From Acutalibacteraceae bacterium (GTDB taxonomy: Bacteria; Bacillota; Clostridia; Oscillospirales; CAG-272): 64,000 nucleotides of DNA. Positions 8,929 to 19,048 of this stretch are shown here, one piece after another. Numbering within the stretch: position 1 is the stretch's first letter; each line of letters begins with the position of its first letter. The notes below the pieces were generated by a model, which was not told the origin of the DNA, did not search any database, and saw only the letters and a program-made list of their open reading frames with translations. The stretch is taken from assembly GCA_963618495.1 (NCBI GenBank), contig CAVESF010000002.1, positions 25,231 to 89,230 on the forward strand. The letters run 5' to 3'. Both the position numbers and the translations under genes were made by a program.

Positions 8929-9891
8929 ATGGAAAACAGTACCGAAGTATATTCTGTCAGACTGAAAGAGCTTGCAGATGAATTCAAGCTTGAAGTTATG
9001 TTTGTTCCCGAAAATTATGACGAATTGCTTATCTACAGCTCTGCTGTAAACCGTCCCGGACTTGCGCTCAACGGCTTTTATGATTGCTTCGACCACAAGA
9101 GAATCCAGCTTATCGGTCATGCGGAGCATCAGTTCCTTTCATCCATATCGGCAGATGAACGCCAGTATAAGCTCGAGCGTCTCGCGGCGCATAATCCGCC
9201 CGCGCTCGTCATAACATCGGGGCTTTCCGCCTTTGACGAGGTTATGAATGTCTGCCGCAAATACGGCTTGCCGCTTTTCAGAACAAATTATACAACATCG
9301 GATTTTCAGTCCGCCGTTATAGCATCTCTGAATATCCACCTTGCGCCGCGCATACGCCGGCATGGCGTTTTCGTTGAGGTATACGGCGAGGGCATACTCA
9401 TTCTCGGCGACAGCGGCATAGGCAAGAGCGAAACCGCAATAGAGCTAGTAAAGCGCGGTCATCGTCTCATCGCCGATGACGCCGTGGAAATAAAGCGTGT
9501 TTCCGAGAAAACGCTCGTCGGCACCGCGCCCGAGATAATCAAGCATTATGTGGAGCTTCGCGGCATAGGCATTGTTGATATACGACGTATATTCGGTGTG
9601 GGCGCCGTAAAGGAAAGTGAAAAGATAGATTTTATCATAAAGCTCGAGCATTGGAATCAGGATAAGGTTTATGACCGACTGGGTCTCGAGCAGGAGACGA
9701 CAAATATCCTCGGACTTGAGATACCGACAAATACCATTCCCGTTCAGCCCGGACGAAACCTTGCCATAATAATCGAGATAGCGGCAATGGAAAGCCGACA
9801 GAAGAGAATGGGCTACAATACCGCAGTAGAGTTCAATAAAAATCTGACGGCGCATCTGCTCCGTCAGGCGGAAGAAAATAAGAAAAAATAA
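8929..9891 (+). CDS. hprK: HPr kinase/phosphorylase
   Basis: Walker A GDSGIGKSETAIELVKRGHRLIADDAVEI and the signature ELRGIGIVDI. Length 320 aa. Confidence 0.92.
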   Translation: MENSTEVYSVRLKELADEFKLEVMFVPENYDELLIYSSAVNRPGLALNGFYDCFDHKRIQLIGHAEHQFLSSISADERQYKLERLAAHNPPALVITSGLSAFDEVMNVCRKYGLPLFRTNYTTSDFQSAVIASLNIHLAPRIRRHGVFVEVYGEGILILGDSGIGKSETAIELVKRGHRLIADDAVEIKRVSEKTLVGTAPEIIKHYVELRGIGIVDIRRIFGVGAVKESEKIDFIIKLEHWNQDKVYDRLGLEQETTNILGLEIPTNTIPVQPGRNLAIIIEIAAMESRQKRMGYNTAVEFNKNLTAHLLRQAEENKKK

Positions 9892-9906
9892 ATTTTGAGG
9901 TATATA

Positions 9907-10971
9907 ATGGGCAAAAACCGCAACCTGCTAAAAACAGCGGCACTTCACCTCTGCGTGCTGTTATTGATGACGCTCGGCGCACTGAATATGAAAATAGGAC
10001 TGGCACTGACAGCATTTTTCTTTACGCTGCTTGCCGCCGCCGCTTTTTCGTCTGTTCTCATACTGAGCGGCAAAAAGCTGAATTATCTTGTCACAGTGCC
10101 TGCGTTTGCCGTAGCGTATTTCATTTCGGGCAATATATTCTTTGCTGTATTCTCATTTTCCGTTGTGATAGCGGGTACGCTTATCGCCTACGGACTGCGC
10201 CGCGATCATCCGAGAATCGCCGTTATCATAAGTGTATCGGTTTTCGCGGGAGTTTTTGCGGCGGCACTGCTTCTCGTTGCTTATCTTTGCAGAGGCGGCT
10301 CGGTAAAAGCGCTTCCTGCAGATATACTCGTGATATTTGAGAAGCTGAAAGCGTCTCTCACCGAGAGCATGGGTCCATATCTCGACAAGATTATCGAATC
10401 GACAAATATCAACGCGAATCTTACAGAGCCGCTGACCTCGGCAATCATTATTGAGTCCCTTGTGGAAACGGTTAAGGCTATGTCCGTAGCTATCATCGTT
10501 GTTTTCGTCAATGTATGCTCGTTCATCGCTTTTTATGCGGCGGTCGGCTTTGCGAAGCTTTTCGGCTTCTATCCTCTGCTTCCGCAGAAAAACGGCATTT
10601 TCCTGCCGAGCAAGGCAAGCGCAATCATTTTCCTTGTTTCGTTCTTCCTCCAGATGATAACCTCGATGATAGGCGCACAGAGCGGTATTTTTTACTATGC
10701 ATCGCTTGTCTGCATGAATCTCACGATGATTCTGCTCCCGTGCTTTGTCGTGATGGGCATAAAGGGGCTTCTGCTCCGCTACCGCAAGCGAGCCACGAGA
10801 AAATTCGCCGTACTGATGACGGTGCTCTGCGGACTTTTCATCATATTCGGTCTTGCTTATCTTACTCTCTATCTAGTGGCTTTCATCGGCACGAGCGATA
10901 CGATAGGTATATATAATTTCAGAAAATTCCGCGATATGAACGAAGGAAACGGCGGGGACGGCGGGAAATAA
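9907..10971 (+). CDS. DUF2232 / YybS-like polytopic membrane protein
   Basis: Multi-TM protein immediately upstream of gdpP, the conserved yybS-yybT arrangement of Firmicutes. I prefer the ATG at 9907 (GAGG 7 nt upstream) over the track's TTG at 9895. Confidence 0.6.
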   Translation: MGKNRNLLKTAALHLCVLLLMTLGALNMKIGLALTAFFFTLLAAAAFSSVLILSGKKLNYLVTVPAFAVAYFISGNIFFAVFSFSVVIAGTLIAYGLRRDHPRIAVIISVSVFAGVFAAALLLVAYLCRGGSVKALPADILVIFEKLKASLTESMGPYLDKIIESTNINANLTEPLTSAIIIESLVETVKAMSVAIIVVFVNVCSFIAFYAAVGFAKLFGFYPLLPQKNGIFLPSKASAIIFLVSFFLQMITSMIGAQSGIFYYASLVCMNLTMILLPCFVVMGIKGLLLRYRKRATRKFAVLMTVLCGLFIIFGLAYLTLYLVAFIGTSDTIGIYNFRKFRDMNEGNGGDGGK

Positions 10972-11039
10972 ACCGTCTGCCGGTCTTTTTGCGGCATACC
11001 GTTTGGCATGAAAAAAACAGCGCGAAAGGAATGAACAAT

Positions 11040-13094
11040 ATGTCTGATAAAAATAAGAGGCGCACAGGCAATACAGGAAGCATCGGCATCGGAGGAATAC
11101 TCTGCGCCGCCTTTGCGATCATAGCACTCGCGCTCTGCGTGATACTGATGGCTTATACGGAATCCGAGCCTGACAGCATTGTGCTGACGGCACTTGTGAT
11201 TTATGTTGTCGTTGCCGTTGTTACCATAGTGGTGTGCGCAATTTCCGGCGGCAGGGCAAGCGCCAAGCATGCGGATATGAAGGGCTCTGTTTTCGGTGCG
11301 ATAACGCTGGACTTCATACAGAATCTTCATATGCCTACGCTTGTATGCGACGACAAGGGCAAAATAGTGTGGTATAATTCTGCGCTCTCCGCAAATTTCA
11401 AGTCGTACAGCGTGCTTTACGGCAAATATCTCGACAATATCTGCGATGCAACGCTCGAGCGCGTCATGAAAAGCAGTGAATCGGGCGGTGTTGAGGTTTC
11501 GTTTATTTCCGCGTCGGATGCGGATGAGAGCGAACGCCCCGTTTTCCGCGTAAAAGGCTATGAGGTCAGCTCCAAGGGCAAGAAATATTACATGACGATA
11601 TTTGAGGATATATCGGAGCTGAAAAATGTTTACAAGCGTCTCGATGACGAGGATACTGTCGTCGCATACGCGATGATAGACAATATCGATGAGATAATGC
11701 AATACGGGCAGGGTGTGGATAATAATGCGGCATTCAATGTATTTTCGCTGCTCAAGCGCGATATGGACGCCGTCGGCGGCGTTATCAAGGAATATAACAG
11801 AAATCGGTTTGCGATGTTTTTCGATGCGAAATACCTCGAAAAATTTGAGAAGGAGCGTTTCTCCGTGCTCGATGATGTACGCGAGGTCAGCATAGGAGAT
11901 TCGACTCTGCCTGTTACCGTGTCAATCGGTATAGGCAAGACGAAGGGAACGCTCGCCGAGAAGGCGAACTTCACTCAGGCGGCACTTGATCTGGCGCTTC
12001 AGCGCGGCGGCGATCAGGTTGTCGTGAAAACGCCGGACGGCGTGGAGTTCTACGGCGGCAAGACAAAGACTGTTCAAAAGCGCACAAAGGTTCGCGCGAG
12101 AGTTATCGCAAACGAGCTTCTCATGCTCATGAGCGGAAGCGACAATGTCATCGTCATGGGTCATAAATATGCCGATTTCGATGCTTTCGGCTCATGCCTT
12201 GCCATAGTTCAGCTTGCCAAATTCTGCGGCGTGAAAGCATATGTCGTCACCGACCGCACGGATAAGAATCTCGCGGGTTGCTTCAAGCTGCTTGAAAAGA
12301 ATTCCGAATACAACGATATATTTGTAGACAGGGCAGAGGCGCAGGACCTCATCACGAGTACATCGCTTGCCGTCATGGTCGATGTAAACAATGTCAACTT
12401 CTGCGAGGCACCCGATGTTGTAGGAAACGCGAAGAATGTCGTGATAATCGACCACCACAGAAAGACGGCGGAATTTGCCATTCAGCCGAATATCGTGTAT
12501 ATAGAGCCTTCGGCTTCATCTGCCGCGGAGCTTGTTTCCGAGCTTCTGGAGCAGGTGCTTCCGCAGGGCGCGCTTTCCAAGGAGATAGCTGATCTGCTCT
12601 TTGCGGGAATGCTCCTTGATACGAAGCAGTTTACGCATAATACGGGCGTCCGTACATTCGGCTCGGCACTCTATCTGCGCGGCGAGGGCGCAAGTCCGCT
12701 CGATGCAAACGCGCTCTTCAAGACAAGCATACAGGATTTCCTCACAGAGGCACGCTTTGAGAGCAATGTTGTCATTCACCGCTCCGTTATTGCCATTGCT
12801 TTCAATAATGAGCAGAGTCTTTCCGGCGTGTCGCGCGTCAATGCGGCAAAGGCGGCGGACAGGCTCCTCCATGTGGATGGTGTGCTTGCGGCTTTCGCTA
12901 TATGCAAGATAGGCGATACGGTGCATATCTCGGCGCGTTCCGAGAGCAGTATAAATGTTCAGCTTATTCTGGAGAAAATGGGCGGCGGCGGTCATTTTGA
13001 TGCGGCGGGTGCGCAGGTAAGCAATGTTTCCATCCAGGATGCGCTGGCTACGCTCCGCGCATGTATCGACGAATATATGGACGAAAACATGTAA
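11040..13094 (+). CDS. gdpP: Cyclic-di-AMP phosphodiesterase GdpP (2 TM + PAS-like + degenerate GGDEF + DHH/DHHA1)
   Basis: Motifs are LALQRGGDQVVVK (degenerate GGDEF region), VMGHKYADFDAFGS (DHH), VIIDHHR and GGGGHFDAAGAQ (DHHA1). The start is ambiguous (10989, 11031 or 11040); 11040 has AAAGGA 9 nt upstream. Confidence 0.9.
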   Translation: MSDKNKRRTGNTGSIGIGGILCAAFAIIALALCVILMAYTESEPDSIVLTALVIYVVVAVVTIVVCAISGGRASAKHADMKGSVFGAITLDFIQNLHMPTLVCDDKGKIVWYNSALSANFKSYSVLYGKYLDNICDATLERVMKSSESGGVEVSFISASDADESERPVFRVKGYEVSSKGKKYYMTIFEDISELKNVYKRLDDEDTVVAYAMIDNIDEIMQYGQGVDNNAAFNVFSLLKRDMDAVGGVIKEYNRNRFAMFFDAKYLEKFEKERFSVLDDVREVSIGDSTLPVTVSIGIGKTKGTLAEKANFTQAALDLALQRGGDQVVVKTPDGVEFYGGKTKTVQKRTKVRARVIANELLMLMSGSDNVIVMGHKYADFDAFGSCLAIVQLAKFCGVKAYVVTDRTDKNLAGCFKLLEKNSEYNDIFVDRAEAQDLITSTSLAVMVDVNNVNFCEAPDVVGNAKNVVIIDHHRKTAEFAIQPNIVYIEPSASSAAELVSELLEQVLPQGALSKEIADLLFAGMLLDTKQFTHNTGVRTFGSALYLRGEGASPLDANALFKTSIQDFLTEARFESNVVIHRSVIAIAFNNEQSLSGVSRVNAAKAADRLLHVDGVLAAFAICKIGDTVHISARSESSINVQLILEKMGGGGHFDAAGAQVSNVSIQDALATLRACIDEYMDENM

Positions 13095-13111
13095 TTATAT
13101 ATAATGAAGAA

Positions 13112-13137
13112 AAGCGGGCGAAAACCCGCTTTTTTTC
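13112..13137 (+). terminator. Rho-independent terminator after gdpP
   Basis: AGCGGGcgaaaaCCCGCT followed by TTTTTT. Confidence 0.8.
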
Positions 13138-13322
13138 GGTTTGCGGCAGTGGCTTTTCTGAAGAAAACCGCGCCGAAAACAAAGTTTATTCTGTTCTTTT
13201 CGGACGAGCGAAGAGAACTTTATCATACGGAAATAAAATTTTTCAAAAAAATTCCCGATTTTCTGTAATATCGCGCCCGAAAAAACGGTAACGATTACAG
13301 AGCGGGAGAAAGGAGTACGATA

Positions 13323-13880
13323 ATGATGGAAGACAGTGCGATAGTGGAGCTTCTCTATAGCCACAATGAGGACGGAATTTCGAGGCTTTCCGAAAAATAC
13401 GGAGGGCTTCTCGGTTCGGTGGCGTCAAATGTTCTTCGCAATGACGATGACGCTATGGAATGCGTAAATGACGTATATATGAAGGTATGGAATCTGATAC
13501 CGCCCTATCGTCCCGATTATCTGCGCTCCTTTGTCTGCAAGCTTGCCCGCAGTATAGCGATAGACAAATATCGCTATAACAAGCGCGAAAAGCGGAACGG
13601 AGAGGGAAATGTGCTTTTCTCCGAGCTGGAAGAAAACGAAATCCCGGCGGATACTTCGGCAGAGATGCCGGATTCCTCCGTCTCGGGAGAGATAAACCGC
13701 TTTCTTGCGGCGCTTCCCGTTCGGGACAGGGTACTTTTCGTCCGCCGGTATTTCATGGCGGAGGGAACGGCTGATATTGCCAAAAGATTTGATATGAGCG
13801 AAAATGCCGTTTCCGTTAAGCTCTTTCGCCTGCGGGACAAGCTGAAAAAATATCTTACAGAAAGGGGATATGAAATTTGA
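13323..13880 (+). CDS. RNA polymerase sigma-70 family (ECF-type) sigma factor
   Basis: Region 2 (DAMECVNDVYMKVW..PYRPDYLRSFVCKLARSIAIDKYR) and region 4 (LPVRDRVLFVRRYFMAEGTADIAKRFDMSENAVSVKLFRLRDKL). Confidence 0.85.
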   Translation: MMEDSAIVELLYSHNEDGISRLSEKYGGLLGSVASNVLRNDDDAMECVNDVYMKVWNLIPPYRPDYLRSFVCKLARSIAIDKYRYNKREKRNGEGNVLFSELEENEIPADTSAEMPDSSVSGEINRFLAALPVRDRVLFVRRYFMAEGTADIAKRFDMSENAVSVKLFRLRDKLKKYLTERGYEI

Positions 13881-14527
13881 AACGCGATGAATTCATCGAC
13901 GCTATGAGCGGCATTGACGACAGGCTGCTTGATGAGGCGCTGGAGCTCGACTCCGCGGATAAGCTTAAAAAAGCGGAAAACGAAGAACGTGCGAGAAGAT
14001 TTTCCCACATATCAAAGCGGCTTTCCATGCTCGCGGCTTGCATCTGCCTTGTTGCCGTCGGCATATTTGCGGGCGGTCATATAGCTCCGTCTGAGGGAAG
14101 CGCCACCACGGAACCGACCGACATCGTTCTCATTCCGGCACCCATTCTTTACTGCGATTCCTACGATGAGATGGAAAAAGCACTCGGCTACAGCGTTCCG
14201 AAGCCCGAATCCAAGCGCGCCGACAGCTATATTGTGGTTATGTCCGGCGACAAGCCCGAGAGCGGAAGAATCATCTATACCGATGATTCCGAGCTGAAAA
14301 TAGCGGAATGCACGGCTGATGTCAGCGGTATATTCGGCGGCAGGCTTATGGGCACGCAGAAATACGCCGGCGTGACGGTGTACTATTATTCTTTCGACAC
14401 GGTTCGCTATGCGATATGGAGCGACGGCGGATTCTCGTATTCTTTTTCCGCCGACGGCGATGATGCCGAAAAAAATGTTTGCGATACTGCAAAAGAAATC
14501 ATCGATTTATTGAAAGGACAAAATTAA
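13877..14527 (+). CDS. Putative anti-sigma factor (single-pass membrane protein)
   Basis: Its TTG start overlaps the sigma gene stop (ATTTGA). It has one TM helix (LSMLAACICLVAVGIFAGG). The call rests on position and topology only. Confidence 0.45.
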   Translation: MKRDEFIDAMSGIDDRLLDEALELDSADKLKKAENEERARRFSHISKRLSMLAACICLVAVGIFAGGHIAPSEGSATTEPTDIVLIPAPILYCDSYDEMEKALGYSVPKPESKRADSYIVVMSGDKPESGRIIYTDDSELKIAECTADVSGIFGGRLMGTQKYAGVTVYYYSFDTVRYAIWSDGGFSYSFSADGDDAEKNVCDTAKEIIDLLKGQN

Positions 14528-14529
14528 AA

Positions 14530-15261
14530 ATGAAAAATCTTATTTCCGTTTTACTCGTACTCGTTATAATATGTTCAGTCATTTCATCCTGCACAGCAAA
14601 AAATGATGACCCAAAAAACACAACAGGCAAAACCGATATAACAACAACCGATACAAGCACGACAAAAAAGACCGATTCCACCACGGGAAAGCAGGAGACA
14701 ACCTCGACCACAGAGACAACAAAGCCCGAGCCCAAGCCCGATCCCGAGCCGAGCGACAATGTTTTCTCCGGCAAGACGGATATAGACACTCTGCTCGATA
14801 AGATAATCGCCCGCGCCACGGAGATTGAAAAAGACAACGAATACGGCATCGGCGGCATAGAATGCTATCATCTTGCAGTCGATGAAGACAGCTGCGCCGA
14901 CATACTCGGACTTTCTGTCGACGAATTCAAGCAGTATGTCGAGGTAGCTATGGAATCCAAGCCCGAGGGCAGCTGGTTCACACATTCCGTAGTCGTAGTG
15001 AAATTCAAGGCGGGCGTTGATGTAAAGACCGTAGCCGAGAAGATAGTGGCAAAGACAGAAGCTGTCCGCTTCGGTTGTCTCAGACCTAAGGCTATCGTCG
15101 GCGGTCAGGTAGGCGAATATCTCGTTTTCACAACATCGGATACTGAAATCTGCAATGATGTTTACAAAGCCGTGGAAGAGCTTGCAGGCTCCGGCGTTAC
15201 GAGAATCGACCGCGAGAAAGACTGGAGCGACAGCGGCCTGATGGGCGGCTTCGGCGACTGA
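14530..15261 (+). CDS. DUF4358-like lipoprotein
   Basis: Lipobox MKNLISVLLVLVIICSVISSCT followed by a T/P-rich linker. The C-terminal domain (..HSVVVVKFKAGVDVKTVAEKIV..) resembles DUF4358. I chose the ATG at 14530 rather than the track start at 14479. Confidence 0.55.
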   Translation: MKNLISVLLVLVIICSVISSCTAKNDDPKNTTGKTDITTTDTSTTKKTDSTTGKQETTSTTETTKPEPKPDPEPSDNVFSGKTDIDTLLDKIIARATEIEKDNEYGIGGIECYHLAVDEDSCADILGLSVDEFKQYVEVAMESKPEGSWFTHSVVVVKFKAGVDVKTVAEKIVAKTEAVRFGCLRPKAIVGGQVGEYLVFTTSDTEICNDVYKAVEELAGSGVTRIDREKDWSDSGLMGGFGD

Positions 15262-15285
15262 TTTTCATGCGGAGGATGACAGACC

Positions 15286-16413
15286 GTGAAAAAACTGAAC
15301 AGAATAGGAGCGCTCGTTTTCAGCCTGCTTTTCGTATTCACCGTATTCGGCTTCGGCATATCTGCACTCGTACGCACGCCGGATGAAATCTCGAAAAGCG
15401 AGCGGCGCGAGCTTACAAAACGCCCCGATATCACGATAGAAACGATAAGAAACGGCAAATTTTTCACCAATGAGGAAAGCTATCTGCTCGACCAATTCCC
15501 TTTGCGCGACGGCTTTCGCCGCATAAAATCAGCGGCTCATTTCTACATATTCCGCCAAAAGGTGAATAATAAGATAGTCATCTCCGACGGGCATGCCGCC
15601 GAGATATCATATCCCATGAAAGACACGGCGGCGGACACCTATATAAAAAGGCTCAATAAGATATACGAAAAATATCTCTCGGATAAGAATATGAATATAT
15701 ATTCTACGATAATCCCCGACAAAATGTATTTTATCGCGGATAAGACAGGCGCACCGAGCATCGATTACGCCGCTCTTTCCGATAAAATAAAATCCGGCGT
15801 AACCTCGGCAAAATTCATAAATATTTTCGATACGCTGGATATCGACTGCTACTATAAAACGGATACACATTGGAAAGAGGATAAGATAATTCCGACAGCC
15901 AATCGCTTGCTCGAGGTAATGGGAAGAGCAAAGTGCAAGGAAGCGAGCATCGAGAAATCGCTCGCACCGTTTTACGGAGTTTACTACGGGCAGAGCGCAT
16001 TACCGCTTTCGCCCGACACAATATCATACGTTATGACACCAACGCTGAAAAAAGCAAAGGCATATCGCGCCGACAAGAAAACCGGCGAGCTTACCGAGGC
16101 AAAGCTTTATTACGATGAGTATATCACGGCTGATGATGCCTACGATGTATTCATGGGCGGTGCCTGCACCGTAACCGTTATCGAAAATCCCGATAATCCC
16201 GACGGCAAGACGCTCTATCTCTTCTCCGATTCTTTCGGCAGAAGTCTTGCGCCCCTGCTTCTCTCGGACTATTCCAAGGTTGTTTTCTATGATATCCGCT
16301 ATATCCGCGCGGAGAAGGCTTTCAGCATAGTTCCTCTCGAAGAGGGCAATGATGTGCTTTTTGCCTACAGCATTTCCGCCATCGATGTCAGCAGCAATCT
16401 GCAGGTAAACTGA
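15286..16413 (+). CDS. DHHW family protein (AlgJ/AlgX-like SGNH acyltransferase partner)
   Basis: N-terminal anchor, the KTDTHW motif (D-x-H-W), and a position directly upstream of an MBOAT gene. Confidence 0.7.
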   Translation: MKKLNRIGALVFSLLFVFTVFGFGISALVRTPDEISKSERRELTKRPDITIETIRNGKFFTNEESYLLDQFPLRDGFRRIKSAAHFYIFRQKVNNKIVISDGHAAEISYPMKDTAADTYIKRLNKIYEKYLSDKNMNIYSTIIPDKMYFIADKTGAPSIDYAALSDKIKSGVTSAKFINIFDTLDIDCYYKTDTHWKEDKIIPTANRLLEVMGRAKCKEASIEKSLAPFYGVYYGQSALPLSPDTISYVMTPTLKKAKAYRADKKTGELTEAKLYYDEYITADDAYDVFMGGACTVTVIENPDNPDGKTLYLFSDSFGRSLAPLLLSDYSKVVFYDIRYIRAEKAFSIVPLEEGNDVLFAYSISAIDVSSNLQVN

Positions 16414-16423
16414 GGAGGGCGGT

Positions 16424-17830
16424 ATGGTATTTTCAAGTATAGGCTTCATTTTCGTCTTTCTCACGGTAACGCTTCTTTGCTACTATATCGTGCCGAAAAA
16501 ACTGCGCAATCTTGTATTGCTGATTTCAAGCCTCATATTCTATTACATAGGCGAACAGCATCTGATATGGCTGATGATCGTATCATCGCTGACCGACTAT
16601 TTCTGCTCTCTCGGAATAGAGCGTTTCCGCGGAAAAAAGGGCATGATGAAGCTTTTCCTTTGCATTTCGCTTGTGATAAATCTTTCGCTTCTCGGATATT
16701 TCAAATACGCTGACCTCTTTATAAACAGCTTCAATGCGCTGACGGGCGCCGCTGTTCCGCTTCTTAAAATAGCTCTGCCGATAGGTATAAGCTTCTATAC
16801 TTTCCAGACCATGAGCTATACCATAGATGTTTATCGCGGAGAGGTTCGCGCGGAGAAAAATTTCATCAGTTTTGCCGCATATGTAACACTTTTTCCCCAG
16901 CTTGTGGCAGGACCTATCGTCCGCTATGAGACAGTGGCGGCTGAACTGAAAGAAAGAAGCGTCACTCTCGAGAAATTTTCGCTCGGCATATCACGCTTCT
17001 GCATAGGATTGGGCAAAAAGGTACTTATCGCAAATTCGCTCGCGGCGCTTGTCAAACTCTATGCCGAGGCGGAGGGCGGACATACCGTGCTCATGGCTTG
17101 GGCTTATGCAATCGCTCTGCCGCTCCAGATATATTTCGATTTCTCTGGCTACAGCGATATGGCGATAGGACTCGGGCATATGTTCGGCTTTACCTTCCTT
17201 GAAAACTTCAATTATCCTTTTGTCGCAAAGACGGCGACGGATTTCTGGAGACGCTGGCATATGTCGCTCGGAACATGGTTCCGCGATTATGTCTACTTCC
17301 CGATGGGCGGCAACAGAGTAAAACCCGCACGTCATATTTTCAATCTGCTTGTGGTATGGTTCATTACGGGAATGTGGCACGGCGCATCGTATAATTTCAT
17401 CCTGTGGGGCGTTTACTACGGTATTCTGATAATCCTCGAGAAATATGTATACGGGAAATATCTCGAAAAAACCCATGTTATCTCCCGCATATATTTCTTC
17501 TTCGTGACGGTTTTCGGCTTTATTATATTTGATACGGAAAGTGTCTCACAGATATTTGCAAAATTCGGCGAGCTTTTCGGTATTGGAGCGACGGCACTCT
17601 ATGATACCTCGAGTCTCTTCTATGTATCGAGCTATCTCTTTACTATCGTTATCGCGCTTGTCTGCGCTATGCCGTTGGGAAAGAAGCTCTGGACAAAGCT
17701 CTGCGAAAAAGAGAAGAGTAATGCGGTTTTCACCTGCATCGGCTATGCGGCTTGCTTTGCCATGCTTATAGTCAGCACCGCATATCTTATCGACGGCTCA
17801 TATAATCCGTTTCTCTATTTCAGATTTTAA
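16424..17830 (+). CDS. MBOAT family O-acyltransferase (AlgI/DltB-like)
   Basis: Polytopic protein with the conserved segments FWRRWHMSLGTWFRDYVYFPMGG and WFITGMWHGASYNF (catalytic His region). Confidence 0.88.
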   Translation: MVFSSIGFIFVFLTVTLLCYYIVPKKLRNLVLLISSLIFYYIGEQHLIWLMIVSSLTDYFCSLGIERFRGKKGMMKLFLCISLVINLSLLGYFKYADLFINSFNALTGAAVPLLKIALPIGISFYTFQTMSYTIDVYRGEVRAEKNFISFAAYVTLFPQLVAGPIVRYETVAAELKERSVTLEKFSLGISRFCIGLGKKVLIANSLAALVKLYAEAEGGHTVLMAWAYAIALPLQIYFDFSGYSDMAIGLGHMFGFTFLENFNYPFVAKTATDFWRRWHMSLGTWFRDYVYFPMGGNRVKPARHIFNLLVVWFITGMWHGASYNFILWGVYYGILIILEKYVYGKYLEKTHVISRIYFFFVTVFGFIIFDTESVSQIFAKFGELFGIGATALYDTSSLFYVSSYLFTIVIALVCAMPLGKKLWTKLCEKEKSNAVFTCIGYAACFAMLIVSTAYLIDGSYNPFLYFRF

Positions 17831-17862
17831 AAAAAAGAGAGCCGCGGCGACGCCGCGGCTCA
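17829..17862. terminator. Bidirectional terminator between convergent genes
   Basis: AAAAAAAAGAGAGCCGCGGCGacGCCGCGGCTC has an 11-bp GC stem. The A-run reads as a T-run for the minus-strand gene ending at 17879. Confidence 0.75.
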
Positions 17863-17878
17863 GACTTTACCGCTTTGC

Positions 17879-19048
17879 TCAAAAAAGCAAGCCTTTATTT
17901 TCGTCTGCATAGAGTCCCTCGCGCATGAGCTTGAGGAAGGTAGGTTCCTGACTGTTGAACATCTGCTCGGCGTAGACAAGGCTGAGCTTATTGTCCATAT
18001 CCACGATCACATGATAGCCCGCCGCGCCGCACCAGCCGAAGATTTTTCGCGGTGCATTCGGCACTCCGAGCGCCACGGGGTCATCGAGCGTATAAACGCC
18101 GAGTCCGTAGTTATAATGCCGATATTGCTCCCATCGCCATGTGCTGCGCACGGAGGCGATTTCGTTTTCGCGCATGAGCTTCAGCGTATCTTCGCCTATT
18201 ATGCGCACTCCGTCTGCGGAAATGCCGCCGCGTGCGAGGGTATCCATCAGCTTTGCCGTATCGTTGCGGCAGGAGACAACACCCGCGCCGCCGCAGTCAT
18301 ATTCGCTTCCGAGAATGAATGTATTTCTCTGCGTTCCGTTGAGATGGGCTGATTCCGTATCGGAGCTGAAATTATAAAGCGGTGCGACATCGTCGTTTTT
18401 GCCCTTTTTTATGCCGTACGCGGTTCTCGTCATTCCGAGCGGAGCGAAAAATGTCCGATCGGCAAAATCGCCGAAGCGCTCTCCGATAAGCTCTTCGCAA
18501 TAAGCCGCGAGCAGGTCATGGCAGAGGCTGTAGCTCCATGCGGTGCCGGGCTGGAAGATGAGAGGCGTTTGTGCAAGCGCACGGGAGATTTCTCTTGTCG
18601 GCAGTCTGCCGCCGGTGCGCTCATAAGCCGAGAGAATCTGCGGCGTATCGCGATTGTATGTAAGTCCCGCTGTCATCGTAAAGAGATGGCGCACCGTTAT
18701 CGGTCGCTCCGCAGGGACAAGCTTTTCGCTTCCGTCCGCATTGACGACGCGCACGAGCGGAGCTTTCCATTCGGGCAGAACATCCGATATAGGCGCATCG
18801 AGCTGCAAAATTCCTTTCTCCCAGAGCGTCATGGCAAGCGAACAGGTTATCACCTTGGAGACGGAATAGAGATAGTGCGTTTCGTTTCCCGTCATCATAA
18901 TGCCGTTTTCCCTGTCGCTGTAGCCGGATGCATGGGTATAGACCTGCTTGCCGTCCTTGTAAACAGAGCAACTGTTTCCGACAACGCGCCAGTCTGTCAG
19001 ATATTCTATATTTTTTGTCAGTGTTTCAAAAGCCATTTTGCGCCTCAT
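17879..19048 (-). CDS. Serine hydrolase, beta-lactamase (class C-like) family
   Basis: S-x-x-K motif in LYSVSKVITCSLAMTLWEKG; 389 aa. Confidence 0.75.
   Translation of the reverse strand: MRRKMAFETLTKNIEYLTDWRVVGNSCSVYKDGKQVYTHASGYSDRENGIMMTGNETHYLYSVSKVITCSLAMTLWEKGILQLDAPISDVLPEWKAPLVRVVNADGSEKLVPAERPITVRHLFTMTAGLTYNRDTPQILSAYERTGGRLPTREISRALAQTPLIFQPGTAWSYSLCHDLLAAYCEELIGERFGDFADRTFFAPLGMTRTAYGIKKGKNDDVAPLYNFSSDTESAHLNGTQRNTFILGSEYDCGGAGVVSCRNDTAKLMDTLARGGISADGVRIIGEDTLKLMRENEIASVRSTWRWEQYRHYNYGLGVYTLDDPVALGVPNAPRKIFGWCGAAGYHVIVDMDNKLSLVYAEQMFNSQEPTFLKLMREGLYADENKGLLF

Noticed and set aside
10869-11702. 277-aa minus-strand ORF
   Set aside because: It is antisense to the gdpP 5' region and the yybS-like 3' end. 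It has no motifs or RBS.
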